From Opitutales bacterium (GTDB taxonomy: Bacteria; Verrucomicrobiota; Verrucomicrobiia; Opitutales; PNEW01), in assembly GCA_965219535.1 (NCBI GenBank), contig CBDCNV010000002.1:1320001-1352000 (forward strand): DNA of 32,000 nt, read 5' to 3'. The notes beneath the pieces were generated by a model. That model ran no database searches and was not told the origin of the DNA. It worked only from the letters and a program-made list of their open reading frames with translations. Within the stretch, counting starts at the first letter, position 1, and every line of letters begins with the position of its first letter. A program made the translations under genes and the position numbers. Shown one piece after another: positions 1-7,419 of this stretch.

Positions 1-1
1 C

Positions 2-535
2 GCCCCCTCCGGTGCAATTAAGGCAGATAAAATATTGCTCGAACGATCGGATAATATTGTCAGTGGCAATTACCGTTTTCGACTCTGTGAAGATCTAAAC
101 AAAGTGCGAAAAGCTTATCTAATATTTCGTGCCGGAAACATGACAATGGACGACCAAATAAAAGTGCTTATCAACAATGAAGAGATCCCTCACCGTTTGA
201 TCAGACAGACGCAAAATGAAAAGCGTATAAAAGCCGCACCGATTGAAACGGCAACCGATAGATCGATACGCATGTATAGGGAAGGAAAAATAAAAGAAGC
301 TGTAAAAAGCGAAACCACGAATAAGGATACTTTTAAACATGACCCACTATCCACGGAGAAAGGCCATCCCATTATTCAAGGAGAGATTGATCGTCCTTTT
401 ACTACTTGCTGGTTTGAACTGACAACCCCGCCCGCAATCTATGGTGATAACTGGTTGGACGTGACTTTAATCGAGGGTGATCCCCAGGCAACCGAGAGTA
501 TCATCATTGATGAACTCGAAGTGATTGTGGTTTAG
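2..535 (+). CDS. hypothetical protein, C-terminal fragment (5' end outside window)
   Basis: Frame is open from base 2 with no stop upstream of the TTG listed at 35. It ends at TAG 533-535. No family motif recognised by eye. Confidence 0.5.
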   Translation, partial: APSGAIKADKILLERSDNIVSGNYRFRLCEDLNKVRKAYLIFRAGNMTMDDQIKVLINNEEIPHRLIRQTQNEKRIKAAPIETATDRSIRMYREGKIKEAVKSETTNKDTFKHDPLSTEKGHPIIQGEIDRPFTTCWFELTTPPAIYGDNWLDVTLIEGDPQATESIIIDELEVIVV

Positions 536-617
536 AGAAAAGTATATTTACTCCTAACGACATGGATATTATCACGTAGATCTGGCATCGAATGCATGTA
601 GGCAGTGAGATTTTTAT

Positions 618-646
618 GTCGAAAGTCGAAGGTCGAAAGTCAAAAG
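618..646 (+). repeat. octamer array (GTCGAAAG/GTCAAAAG)x3-4
   Basis: gtcgaaagtcgaaggtcgaaagtcaaaag, 83 nt after the stop at 535. Confidence 0.8.
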
Positions 647-677
647 AGGGAGTGTAAGTAAAAACCGATAGGATTTT

Positions 678-708
678 CTTGCATCTTGTATTCTGAATCC
701 TGCATCCT
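678..708 (+). repeat. heptamer array (TTGCATC/TTGTATT-type)
   Basis: cttgcatcttgtattctgaatcctgcatcct, between the octamer array and MITE copy 1. Confidence 0.7.
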
Positions 709-711
709 CTC

Positions 712-819
712 TTGTCATTGCGAAGGAGGAGTAGCCGACTGCGGCAATCCAGGGGCTGACGATATGCGTACGAAATTCCTCTGGATCGCCACGGCTGTAA
801 ATCAGCCTCGCGATGACAA
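712..819 (+). repeat. MITE-like palindromic element, copy 1
   Basis: Termini TTGTCATTGCGAAGG / CCTCGCGATGACAA and inner inverted pair GCGGCAATCCAGGGG / CCTCTGGATCGCCAC. Lies 40 nt upstream of the 859 start. Confidence 0.85.
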
Positions 820-858
820 ATATAATAATACAACAATACGTCCAAACGAAACGCCAAA

Positions 859-2001
859 TTGGTAAATCCTAAAACATACGAAATAGCCGTCCTCAAGGGA
901 GACGGTATCGGTCTCGAAGTCGTCGATGAAGCCTTGCGAGTACTGGAGGCGGTTGCAGTAGTGGAAGAGATACGATTTAACTTTAATGATTATCCCTCGG
1001 GTGCTGACTGCTACCTGGCACAGGGCACGCCGTTGCCGGATGATACCCTGGTCGCCTGTCGGCAAGCGGATGCGGTGCTGCTCGGCGCAATGGGAAACCC
1101 GGAGATCCGTTGGCCCGACGGTACGGAGATGCGACCCCAGGTGGATCTGCGCTTCAAGCTCGATCTCTATGCCGGGGTGCGTCCAATCTATCTATACGCT
1201 TCACACCATACACCGCTCAAAGGCTACGAAGCAGGGGATATCGATTTTGTCCTCCTCCGTGAAAATGTTGAAGGGTTGTTTGCGTCGATGGACTCCGGCA
1301 TCGAGCTGCGGGGTGAGGTGGCGACTGATACGATGGTTATTACGAAGGATGGCACGGAACGCATTGTCGCCTATGCATTCCAACTTGCACGAGAGCGACA
1401 GTTGGCAAGGGGATCAAGTGGTATAACTGAATTTGTCCCCAAAGTTACCTGTGTCGACAAGGCCAACATTTTTCGATCGATGGCATTCTTTCGTCGCGTT
1501 TATGATGAAGTGGCTGAGAACTATAATGAAGTTGGCCGGGAGTACGCCTACGTCGACGCGATGGCCCAATATCTGGTTCAGCGGCCCGAAGAATATGACG
1601 TCATGGTCATGGAGAATATGTACGGTGATATACTTTCGGATCTTGCCGCAGGTATTGTCGGCGGACTGGGGATGACGCCATCGGGAGATATAGGTAAGGA
1701 TGCGGCGGTCTTTCAGCCGTCACATGGAACCGCACCCGACATTGCCGGTAAGGGTATCGCTAACCCCGTTGCCACGATTCTCTCAGCGGGTATGATGATG
1801 AAATGGCTGGGCAGTTGCTTTAATGACGAAGCGACAACGCGTGCCAGCGAATGCATCGAGCAAGCAGTTAAAAGCGTGTTGGCTGATCCGACTAATGGGA
1901 CACCGGATCTTGGTGGCGATATGACCACCTCACAATTCGGAACCAAAATCGCAGAAGCGATTTTTGAGTCAAAAAGTCAAAAGGTCAAAAAGTCAAAATG
2001 A
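859..2001 (+). CDS. isocitrate/isopropylmalate dehydrogenase family oxidoreductase (LeuB/TtuC-like)
   Basis: IAVLKGDGIGLEV near the N-terminus and NMYGDILSDLAAGIVGGLGMTPSGDIG match the family signature. TTG at 859 is the only start near the conserved N-terminus. The last 11 codons (ESKSQKVKKSK) are encoded by the octamer array at 1967-1998. Confidence 0.8.
   Translation: MVNPKTYEIAVLKGDGIGLEVVDEALRVLEAVAVVEEIRFNFNDYPSGADCYLAQGTPLPDDTLVACRQADAVLLGAMGNPEIRWPDGTEMRPQVDLRFKLDLYAGVRPIYLYASHHTPLKGYEAGDIDFVLLRENVEGLFASMDSGIELRGEVATDTMVITKDGTERIVAYAFQLARERQLARGSSGITEFVPKVTCVDKANIFRSMAFFRRVYDEVAENYNEVGREYAYVDAMAQYLVQRPEEYDVMVMENMYGDILSDLAAGIVGGLGMTPSGDIGKDAAVFQPSHGTAPDIAGKGIANPVATILSAGMMMKWLGSCFNDEATTRASECIEQAVKSVLADPTNGTPDLGGDMTTSQFGTKIAEAIFESKSQKVKKSK
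1967..1998 (+). repeat. octamer array (GTCAAAAR)x4
   Basis: agtcaaaaagtcaaaaggtcaaaaagtcaaaa, forming the last codons of the 859-2001 CDS. TGA follows directly. Confidence 0.9.
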
Positions 2002-2008
2002 GAATATT

Positions 2009-2049
2009 TTGTATCTTGAATCTTGCATCCCGCATCACCGTATCCTGTC
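2009..2049 (+). repeat. heptamer array (TTGTATC/TTGCATC-type)
   Basis: ttgtatcttgaatcttgcatcccgcatcaccgtatcctgtc, 10 nt after the octamer array at 1967-1998. Confidence 0.75.
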
Positions 2050-2055
2050 ACACAC

Positions 2056-3251
2056 TTATTCAGCCTTATACTTATAGGACGATAGCTGTTCTTCGGTAAT
2101 TTGCACACCGAAGCCCGGTCCGTCAGAGGGGGTCAATATGCTATCTTTAGGCGTAGCCATTCCCGGCAGTAGATCTGCTTTCTGGGGCGACTCACCGGGT
2201 GGTGCCACTACCGAGCATTCCGCCCATGAGATGGCGGGCATGGCATAACAGGCGTGCTGCCCATAAGGTGTATTGCCACCGCCGTGAGGGATAACCGAGA
2301 TTCCCGCCGCTTCAGCGATCGCACAGATCTTTGTAATCGCCGTTAATCCTCCCACCCAGTGAATGTCTGGCTGGAATATGTCTACCAGGTGGCGGCTGGC
2401 AGCGTGCTGAAAAGGTACTGGTGTGTACCAATGTTCTCCTGTAGCCAGTGTCTGCCAGGGAACACGCTGACGCAGTTGGGCATGGGCATCGAAATCCTCA
2501 GAGCGCAGCGTTTCCTCCATCCACTTAAGCTTGTATGGCCGCAACTCCTCTGCCAGGCGCACGGCGTAATCCACGTCGAATGCCATCCAGCAGTCTAACA
2601 TCAACTCTACATCATCGCCGACCAGTTCACGATTCCTCGCTACAAATTCTACGTTCTTCTTTAGACCTTCCAAGCCATCGGCGGGACCGTAGGGGCAGGG
2701 CAGTTTAGTAGCTTTGAACCCGAGCTCCATGTACCAGTCGGTGTCCCCTCCAGTGGAGTAACAGAACAACTCCTCTCGCGCCGGGCCACCCAGCAATTCG
2801 TAAACCGGTCGATCCATTAATTTTCCTTTCAAATCCCACAAGGCAAGATCGATAGCGCTCACGGCGTAGGAGTGGAGCCCCGTCGCACCAAAAGGTGCGC
2901 CCATGCGCACCATCATATCGTAGCATTTTTCAGTCGCGGTGCAGTTTTCACCGACGAGACGCGGCCCGAGGTAGTCATCGATGATCGCGGCCACGGGGCG
3001 GCCGTGATTGGCGACGGAAAAACCCCAGGTTCCGTCTTCAGCTTCGACTACACAGCCGAAATTTTTCCAGGTAGGGTACCAGATGGGCGGAACGCTGCGT
3101 AGCGAGGGTAGCGTGTCACGGGGTTGGCGACGGGACCATTTTCTCTCCACGAAGGTCGGCGCGCAGTCTTGTACTTATCGCTCGAGGAGCTCCCTTTGGT
3201 GTTGGTCTCCGGGAAACTCACATTGACGGCACGGATGGATTTGATTTTCAT
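2056..3251 (-). pseudogene. L-rhamnonate dehydratase-like enolase-superfamily gene interrupted by a 1-nt frameshift (or assembly error)
   Basis: ORF 2056-3150 (VEAEDGTWGF, DLALWDLKGK, LMLDCWMAFDV, LKWMEE, PDIHWVGG) resembles the RhamD/YfaW subgroup. The expected N-terminus (MKIKSIRAV...VANPVTRYPRY) lies in ORF 3048-3251 in another frame. The two frames join near 3083-3090. Confidence 0.75.
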
Positions 3252-3259
3252 GGGTAGAT

Positions 3260-3293
3260 AGTCAAAAAGTCAAAAGGTCAAAAAGTCAAAAAG
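3260..3293 (+). repeat. octamer array (GTCAAAAR)x4
   Basis: Same 32-34-nt sequence as at 1967 and 5294. Ends 8 nt from the minus-strand ATG at 3251. Confidence 0.9.
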
Positions 3294-3333
3294 TTCATCG
3301 AAGGTCTGTCATTGTATTTTAATTATTGAAACC

Positions 3334-3783
3334 ATGAAATTTAGAAACGCTAATCTCGATGAATCGGATTATCTCATCGAGATATTTTGTGACTCGAAAA
3401 GGCATTGGGGTTACGACGATGAATTAATTGAGCTGTGGCGTGATGATATGTCGATTAACGAGGAATATATTAGAAATAATAAGGTCGTTGTTTTTTCGGT
3501 TGATGATGTGGAGATTGGGTACTTCGCGATGCGGTTAAAAGAAAGAGAATTAGATGATTTCTTCATCCGACGTGAATGGATTGGCAAGAGGTATGGAAGG
3601 GAAGCCTTCGAGCAGGTTAAAAAATTTATGAAAGATAATAATATTGATGCACTAAAATTTAGTGCCGATCCAAACGCTGCTGGATTTTATGAACACATGG
3701 GGGCAAAACATATCGGTGAATTTGAATCCATACCAAAAGGCAGATTTATTCCTCTTTTTGAATACACTCTAAGTTCTCAATAG
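3334..3783 (+). CDS. GNAT family N-acetyltransferase
   Basis: FIRREWIGKRYGREAFEQV (acetyl-CoA motif A-like R-x-x-G-x-G/A) and DPNAAGFYEHMGAKHIGE. Clearly more AT-rich than neighbouring genes. Confidence 0.8.
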   Translation: MKFRNANLDESDYLIEIFCDSKRHWGYDDELIELWRDDMSINEEYIRNNKVVVFSVDDVEIGYFAMRLKERELDDFFIRREWIGKRYGREAFEQVKKFMKDNNIDALKFSADPNAAGFYEHMGAKHIGEFESIPKGRFIPLFEYTLSSQ

Positions 3784-3818
3784 TAATTTATATTTAAAAG
3801 TCGAATGACTATATCCCT

Positions 3819-3923
3819 TTGTCATTGCGAGAAGCAACGTGACGAAGCAATCCAGGCGGCTATCAGTACGCATCCGGCATTCCCCTGGATCGCCGCGGCT
3901 GACCAACAGCCTCGCGATGACAA
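3819..3923 (+). repeat. MITE-like palindromic element, copy 2
   Basis: TTGTCATTGCGAG...GCAATCCAGG...CCTGGATCGCC...CTCGCGATGACAA, between the GNAT stop and the serine hydrolase start. Confidence 0.85.
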
Positions 3924-4020
3924 TAATAAAAGTAATTATATTGTCATAAGGTAGATTGCATTTTAACCCTTTTATCAGCTGAAAGAAGAATAATAAATCA
4001 AACAAACTGAAGCCTCATCT

Positions 4021-5295
4021 ATGTACAAATTTAATCCCCGATTTTTATTAACCGCATTCGTTTTGTTGCTCACCTGTTTGTCGGTTTCAGCACAGGGATT
4101 ATCTAGAGCCAAACCAGAAGAGGTCGGACTTTCATCGGAGCGGCTTCAGCGCTTGAGTGCTGTCTTTCAGGAATATGTAGACGAGGGTAAACTCTCTGGT
4201 TCGGTGATCATGATCGCTCGGCATGGAAAAGTTGCCTACCTGGAAGCGTTTGGTCAACGCGATCGCGAATCAAAATCACCGATGAAAACTGATACCATCT
4301 TCCGTATCGCCTCTCAGACCAAAGCCTTGGTCAGTGTGGGCGTGATGATCCTTCAGGAAGAGGGGCAACTTCTCATCTCCGATCCTGTAGGAAAGTATAT
4401 TCCCGAATTCCAGGAGACGACGGTGGCCGTTGCAAAGGAAGGCGGCGGGTATGATGTTGTGAAAGCAAAACGACCTATAACGATCCGTGACCTGCTCACT
4501 CACACTGCGGGTATCAATTATGGCGGTGGAGTGGCCAGTGAACGCTGGGAGGAGGCCGGAATTCAAGGCTGGTATTTTGCCGATCGAGATGAACCGATAA
4601 GTGCAACAGTTTCTCGCATGGCTTCTCTTCCTTTTGTCGCACAGCCCGGTGAGCGCTGGGTCTATGGATACAACACCGACATTCTCGGTGTTGTCATCGA
4701 AAGTGCCTCCGGACAAGCTCTCGATGATTTTCTCCATGCCCGACTATTCAAACCACTGGGTATGCGTGACACCCATTTCTATTTACCACCAAAATATAAA
4801 AATCGATTGGCCGTCGTATATTCGGCGTCAAAAGAAAATGATCTTGAACGATCTCCGGACGCGGGAGGCATGATTGGACAGGGAGCCTATGTCGAGGGTC
4901 CGCGTAAAAGTTTCTCTGGCGGTGCCGGTATACTCTCGACCGCGATAGATTATACCAGCTTCCTGCAGATGATGCTCAATGGAGGTTTGTTCAATGGTAA
5001 TCGTATTCTCTCTCCCAAAACCGTCGATTTGATGACTGTGGATCACGTGGGTGATATCTTTCGTGGAGACGGAAGGGGTTTTGGCCTGGGCTTTTCTTTA
5101 GTGGAAGATTTAGGAGAGAGAGGCGTGCCGGGTTCAGTTGGCGAGTTTGGCTGGGGTGGGGCCTACCACACAACCTACTGGGTCGATCCGGAGGAGCAGT
5201 TGGTGGTAACCTATTTTACACAGTTGCGGCCTACCAATAATCTCGACGATCACGGTAAACTACGCGCTCTCATCTACCAGGCGATAATTGAGTAG
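4021..5295 (+). CDS. secreted serine hydrolase, beta-lactamase/esterase (class C-like) family
   Basis: Signal peptide (LLLTCLSVSAQG), S-x-x-K motif (ASQTK), Y-x-N (YGYN) and GWGG near the C-terminus. Confidence 0.85.
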   Translation: MYKFNPRFLLTAFVLLLTCLSVSAQGLSRAKPEEVGLSSERLQRLSAVFQEYVDEGKLSGSVIMIARHGKVAYLEAFGQRDRESKSPMKTDTIFRIASQTKALVSVGVMILQEEGQLLISDPVGKYIPEFQETTVAVAKEGGGYDVVKAKRPITIRDLLTHTAGINYGGGVASERWEEAGIQGWYFADRDEPISATVSRMASLPFVAQPGERWVYGYNTDILGVVIESASGQALDDFLHARLFKPLGMRDTHFYLPPKYKNRLAVVYSASKENDLERSPDAGGMIGQGAYVEGPRKSFSGGAGILSTAIDYTSFLQMMLNGGLFNGNRILSPKTVDLMTVDHVGDIFRGDGRGFGLGFSLVEDLGERGVPGSVGEFGWGGAYHTTYWVDPEEQLVVTYFTQLRPTNNLDDHGKLRALIYQAIIE

Positions 5296-5327
5296 TCAAA
5301 AAGTCAAAAGGTCAAAAAGTCAAAAAG
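5294..5327 (+). repeat. octamer array (GTCAAAAR)x4
   Basis: Begins inside the TAG stop (5293-5295) of the serine hydrolase gene. Followed by GGGAAATGCGTATACGCGG. Confidence 0.9.
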
Positions 5328-5433
5328 GGAAATGCGTATACGCGGACATGCGTGTATGCGACGAAGCGGATTGGGAAAAATTAGGAATAGACCACATGAG
5401 AAGCGAAGGGTTTCAATTTCTTTTTGTGCCTTT

Positions 5434-5472
5434 GAAAGATGTCGCCACGCTGCCGCGGGACTCGGTAGTGGC
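5434..5472 (+). repeat. GAAGATGTCG...CTCGGTA motif, divergent copy
   Basis: gaaagatgtcgccacgctgccgcgggactcggtagtggc, with a GCCAC/GTGGC stem. Confidence 0.55.
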
Positions 5473-5490
5473 TATCTATTCATTTACTCC

Positions 5491-7095
5491 TTATATTTCT
5501 TTCTTCAATAACTCGTGTAGCGACAATTTTTCGAAGACGAGATCGGACTGGCTGCCTTCGTATACGATTCCGATGTGATTATCGTCAACACGTGAGAGGC
5601 TAGGGTAGCCGGCTCCGAGGCCGACATCGAGGAGAGTATGATATTCCGCCGGCCAGGTTAGGCCGTCATCGAAGCTTACACGAATCGTGTGGTTCTCGCG
5701 GCGGGTCTGTGAGTAGGGATTGGCAAACAAGAGGATGTGTTTGGACTCTCCATTCTCCGTATAATCGAAGCGGTAGGTGCTGCCGTTGCAATTAGGTTCG
5801 ATCAGTACTTTGCGATTAGTGACGTGTGGACGCCAGGTCTTCCCCAGATCGTTGGTGATAGCGACGGTGCGAAACATCGTCGGTCGTTGCGACCGGCAGT
5901 TAAGCATAATTGATCCGTCACCGAGCAGTACAGCCTGGCTTTCCGTATTATCGTAGGAGGCGGGATTACTGAGCGACCAGGTCTTACCGTGGTTGCGGCT
6001 GATCATCAGGTTAGAGAAATGCTTATCCTCAGCGTCGCGTCCCTCACCGGGCATAATAAGCGTGCCATCGGGGAGGGCGATGCCCTGCTGAGGTGAGGGC
6101 GCGTAGAGTATCCAAGCTTCTTCTTTAAGCTGGCGCGTAAGGTTTTCCGGTTCCGACCAGGTTAGTCCATCGTCGGTCGAACGAACGATCATAAACTGCG
6201 CGGTTTTTCCTATTTCAAATCCGGGTTCGGATCCACCTTCAGACCATTGGTGGGTTCCCGGTCGCCCCCATGTCCACACGGCTGTAACAAATATTTCGCC
6301 GGTCTGTGGATCGACCACGATACCCGGATCACTGCAGCCATTTTGTTCCTGCGGCAATCCTCCGTATTCATGCATGTCCATGATTATGCGCTGAGGTTCC
6401 CATGTCCTGCCCCCATCGATGCTGCGCATAAGTCCGATGTCGATGTCTTCCTGCAGATCGCGACCCGCGCGACGACGCACGTCGTAAACACATAAGAGCG
6501 TGCCCTTGGGTGTCGTCGCGAGGGCGGGTATGCGATAGGTGTTAACGCCATCGTCAAATTCCTTTCGCAGGGCGATACCTATCCGCTTGCGAATTCCCGG
6601 AGTCTTGTCCGTTGGAGTGATCGTGCCGGATGATGTAACGATTGCGGTGCAGACCGCGTCGACTTTATGACTGAGGTTAGCCTTTGCATTCAGTCGACAG
6701 GAGAGCCAGAAAATGTTTGTCCCGCTATCGAGTCGGACATTTCCCCGAAATGTAACTTCCCGATTCGCGGGTGCACGGTCACCAAAGGTATCTTTCGTTT
6801 TAAACTTTTCTTCTACTCGTGTGAGAGAGATTTGCAGCGAATCTATATCGTCGCGGTCATCGGTGCCGGCGAGGGAAAAGGTCAACGAGTGAAGAAAAAC
6901 TGATTTCTCCAGACTCTCGATTCGTATCTGCAGTAACGCGTTGTTATCATTGCGAATTAAAACCGGGTGAATTCTTTGATGCTGCGTCGCCGTGACTGAA
7001 TTCGACATTGAGCTTCCCATTGCCGCTGTCCCGGCAAAGATAACACTCAATGAAACGGCAATGATACGGATTAAAGGTGAGAGAATAGCTTTCAT
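5491..7095 (-). CDS. exo-alpha-sialidase (GH33) with N-terminal accessory domain
   Basis: Signal peptide. YRIP motif (TYRIPALATTPKG). Five Asp-boxes (SIDGGRTW, STDDGLTW, SRNHGKTW, TNDLGKTW, SFDDGLTW). Confidence 0.9.
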   Translation of the reverse strand: MKAILSPLIRIIAVSLSVIFAGTAAMGSSMSNSVTATQHQRIHPVLIRNDNNALLQIRIESLEKSVFLHSLTFSLAGTDDRDDIDSLQISLTRVEEKFKTKDTFGDRAPANREVTFRGNVRLDSGTNIFWLSCRLNAKANLSHKVDAVCTAIVTSSGTITPTDKTPGIRKRIGIALRKEFDDGVNTYRIPALATTPKGTLLCVYDVRRRAGRDLQEDIDIGLMRSIDGGRTWEPQRIIMDMHEYGGLPQEQNGCSDPGIVVDPQTGEIFVTAVWTWGRPGTHQWSEGGSEPGFEIGKTAQFMIVRSTDDGLTWSEPENLTRQLKEEAWILYAPSPQQGIALPDGTLIMPGEGRDAEDKHFSNLMISRNHGKTWSLSNPASYDNTESQAVLLGDGSIMLNCRSQRPTMFRTVAITNDLGKTWRPHVTNRKVLIEPNCNGSTYRFDYTENGESKHILLFANPYSQTRRENHTIRVSFDDGLTWPAEYHTLLDVGLGAGYPSLSRVDDNHIGIVYEGSQSDLVFEKLSLHELLKKEI

Positions 7096-7110
7096 GAATT
7101 ATATATAAAT

Positions 7111-7141
7111 CTTCGTCTTCGTCTGCGTCTACGTCTTCGTC
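7111..7141 (+). repeat. hexamer array (CTTCGT)x5, left arm of a long inverted repeat
   Basis: cttcgtcttcgtctgcgtctacgtcttcgtc, 15 nt upstream of the sialidase ATG (7095, minus strand). Confidence 0.85.
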
Positions 7142-7198
7142 AATGTATTAATAAATAATTATTGCATTACAATTTATTTTGGTAGGATCGCGTTATCC

Positions 7199-7263
7199 CG
7201 GCCACGACGGAGCGTGGCCCTCCAGATAAAGAAAAAATGGAGGGCCACGCTCCGTCGTGGCCG
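7199..7263. repeat. perfect 26-bp-stem hairpin with 13-nt A-rich loop
   Basis: cggccacgacggagcgtggccctcca / gataaagaaaaaa / tggagggccacgctccgtcgtggccg. Each arm also contains its own 7-bp palindrome GGCCACG-n6-CGTGGCC. Confidence 0.9.
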
Positions 7264-7357
7264 CTTTGATGCATGATAATTATTTTATCTAGTATTTAGG
7301 TATAAAGCTATGCTCAAAAGAGTTTCTAATTTGTGTCTCTTGTGCCTATCTCAGCAA

Positions 7358-7390
7358 GGACGAAGACGAAGAGATAGACGAAGACGAAGC
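7358..7390 (-). repeat. hexamer array (GACGAA)x5, right arm of a long inverted repeat
   Basis: ggacgaagacgaagagatagacgaagacgaagc, an imperfect reverse complement of 7111-7141. Confidence 0.85.
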
Positions 7391-7419
7391 TATTGCTATA
7401 TGTGGTCACAATTCTTTAG

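Noticed and set aside
504-896. 130-aa minus-strand ORF. Similar small ORFs lie at 3769-4005, 22917-23159 and 29770-29958.
   Set aside because: They run straight through the palindromic MITE-like copies and repeat arrays, giving peptides such as LLRNDK and VIAR..GDPG. They have no independent coding signal and are translations of repeats.
3079-3092. Programmed ribosomal frameshift in the RhamD-like gene.
   Set aside because: No slippery heptamer and no obvious downstream stimulatory structure. An indel in a short C-run (error or pseudogene) is the simpler explanation and is reported as a finding instead.
5288-5578. 96-aa plus-strand ORF beginning SSQKVKRSKSQKGK.
   Set aside because: It starts inside the octamer array, crosses a convergent intergenic gap and overlaps the 3' end of the sialidase gene. 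It is not credible as a gene.
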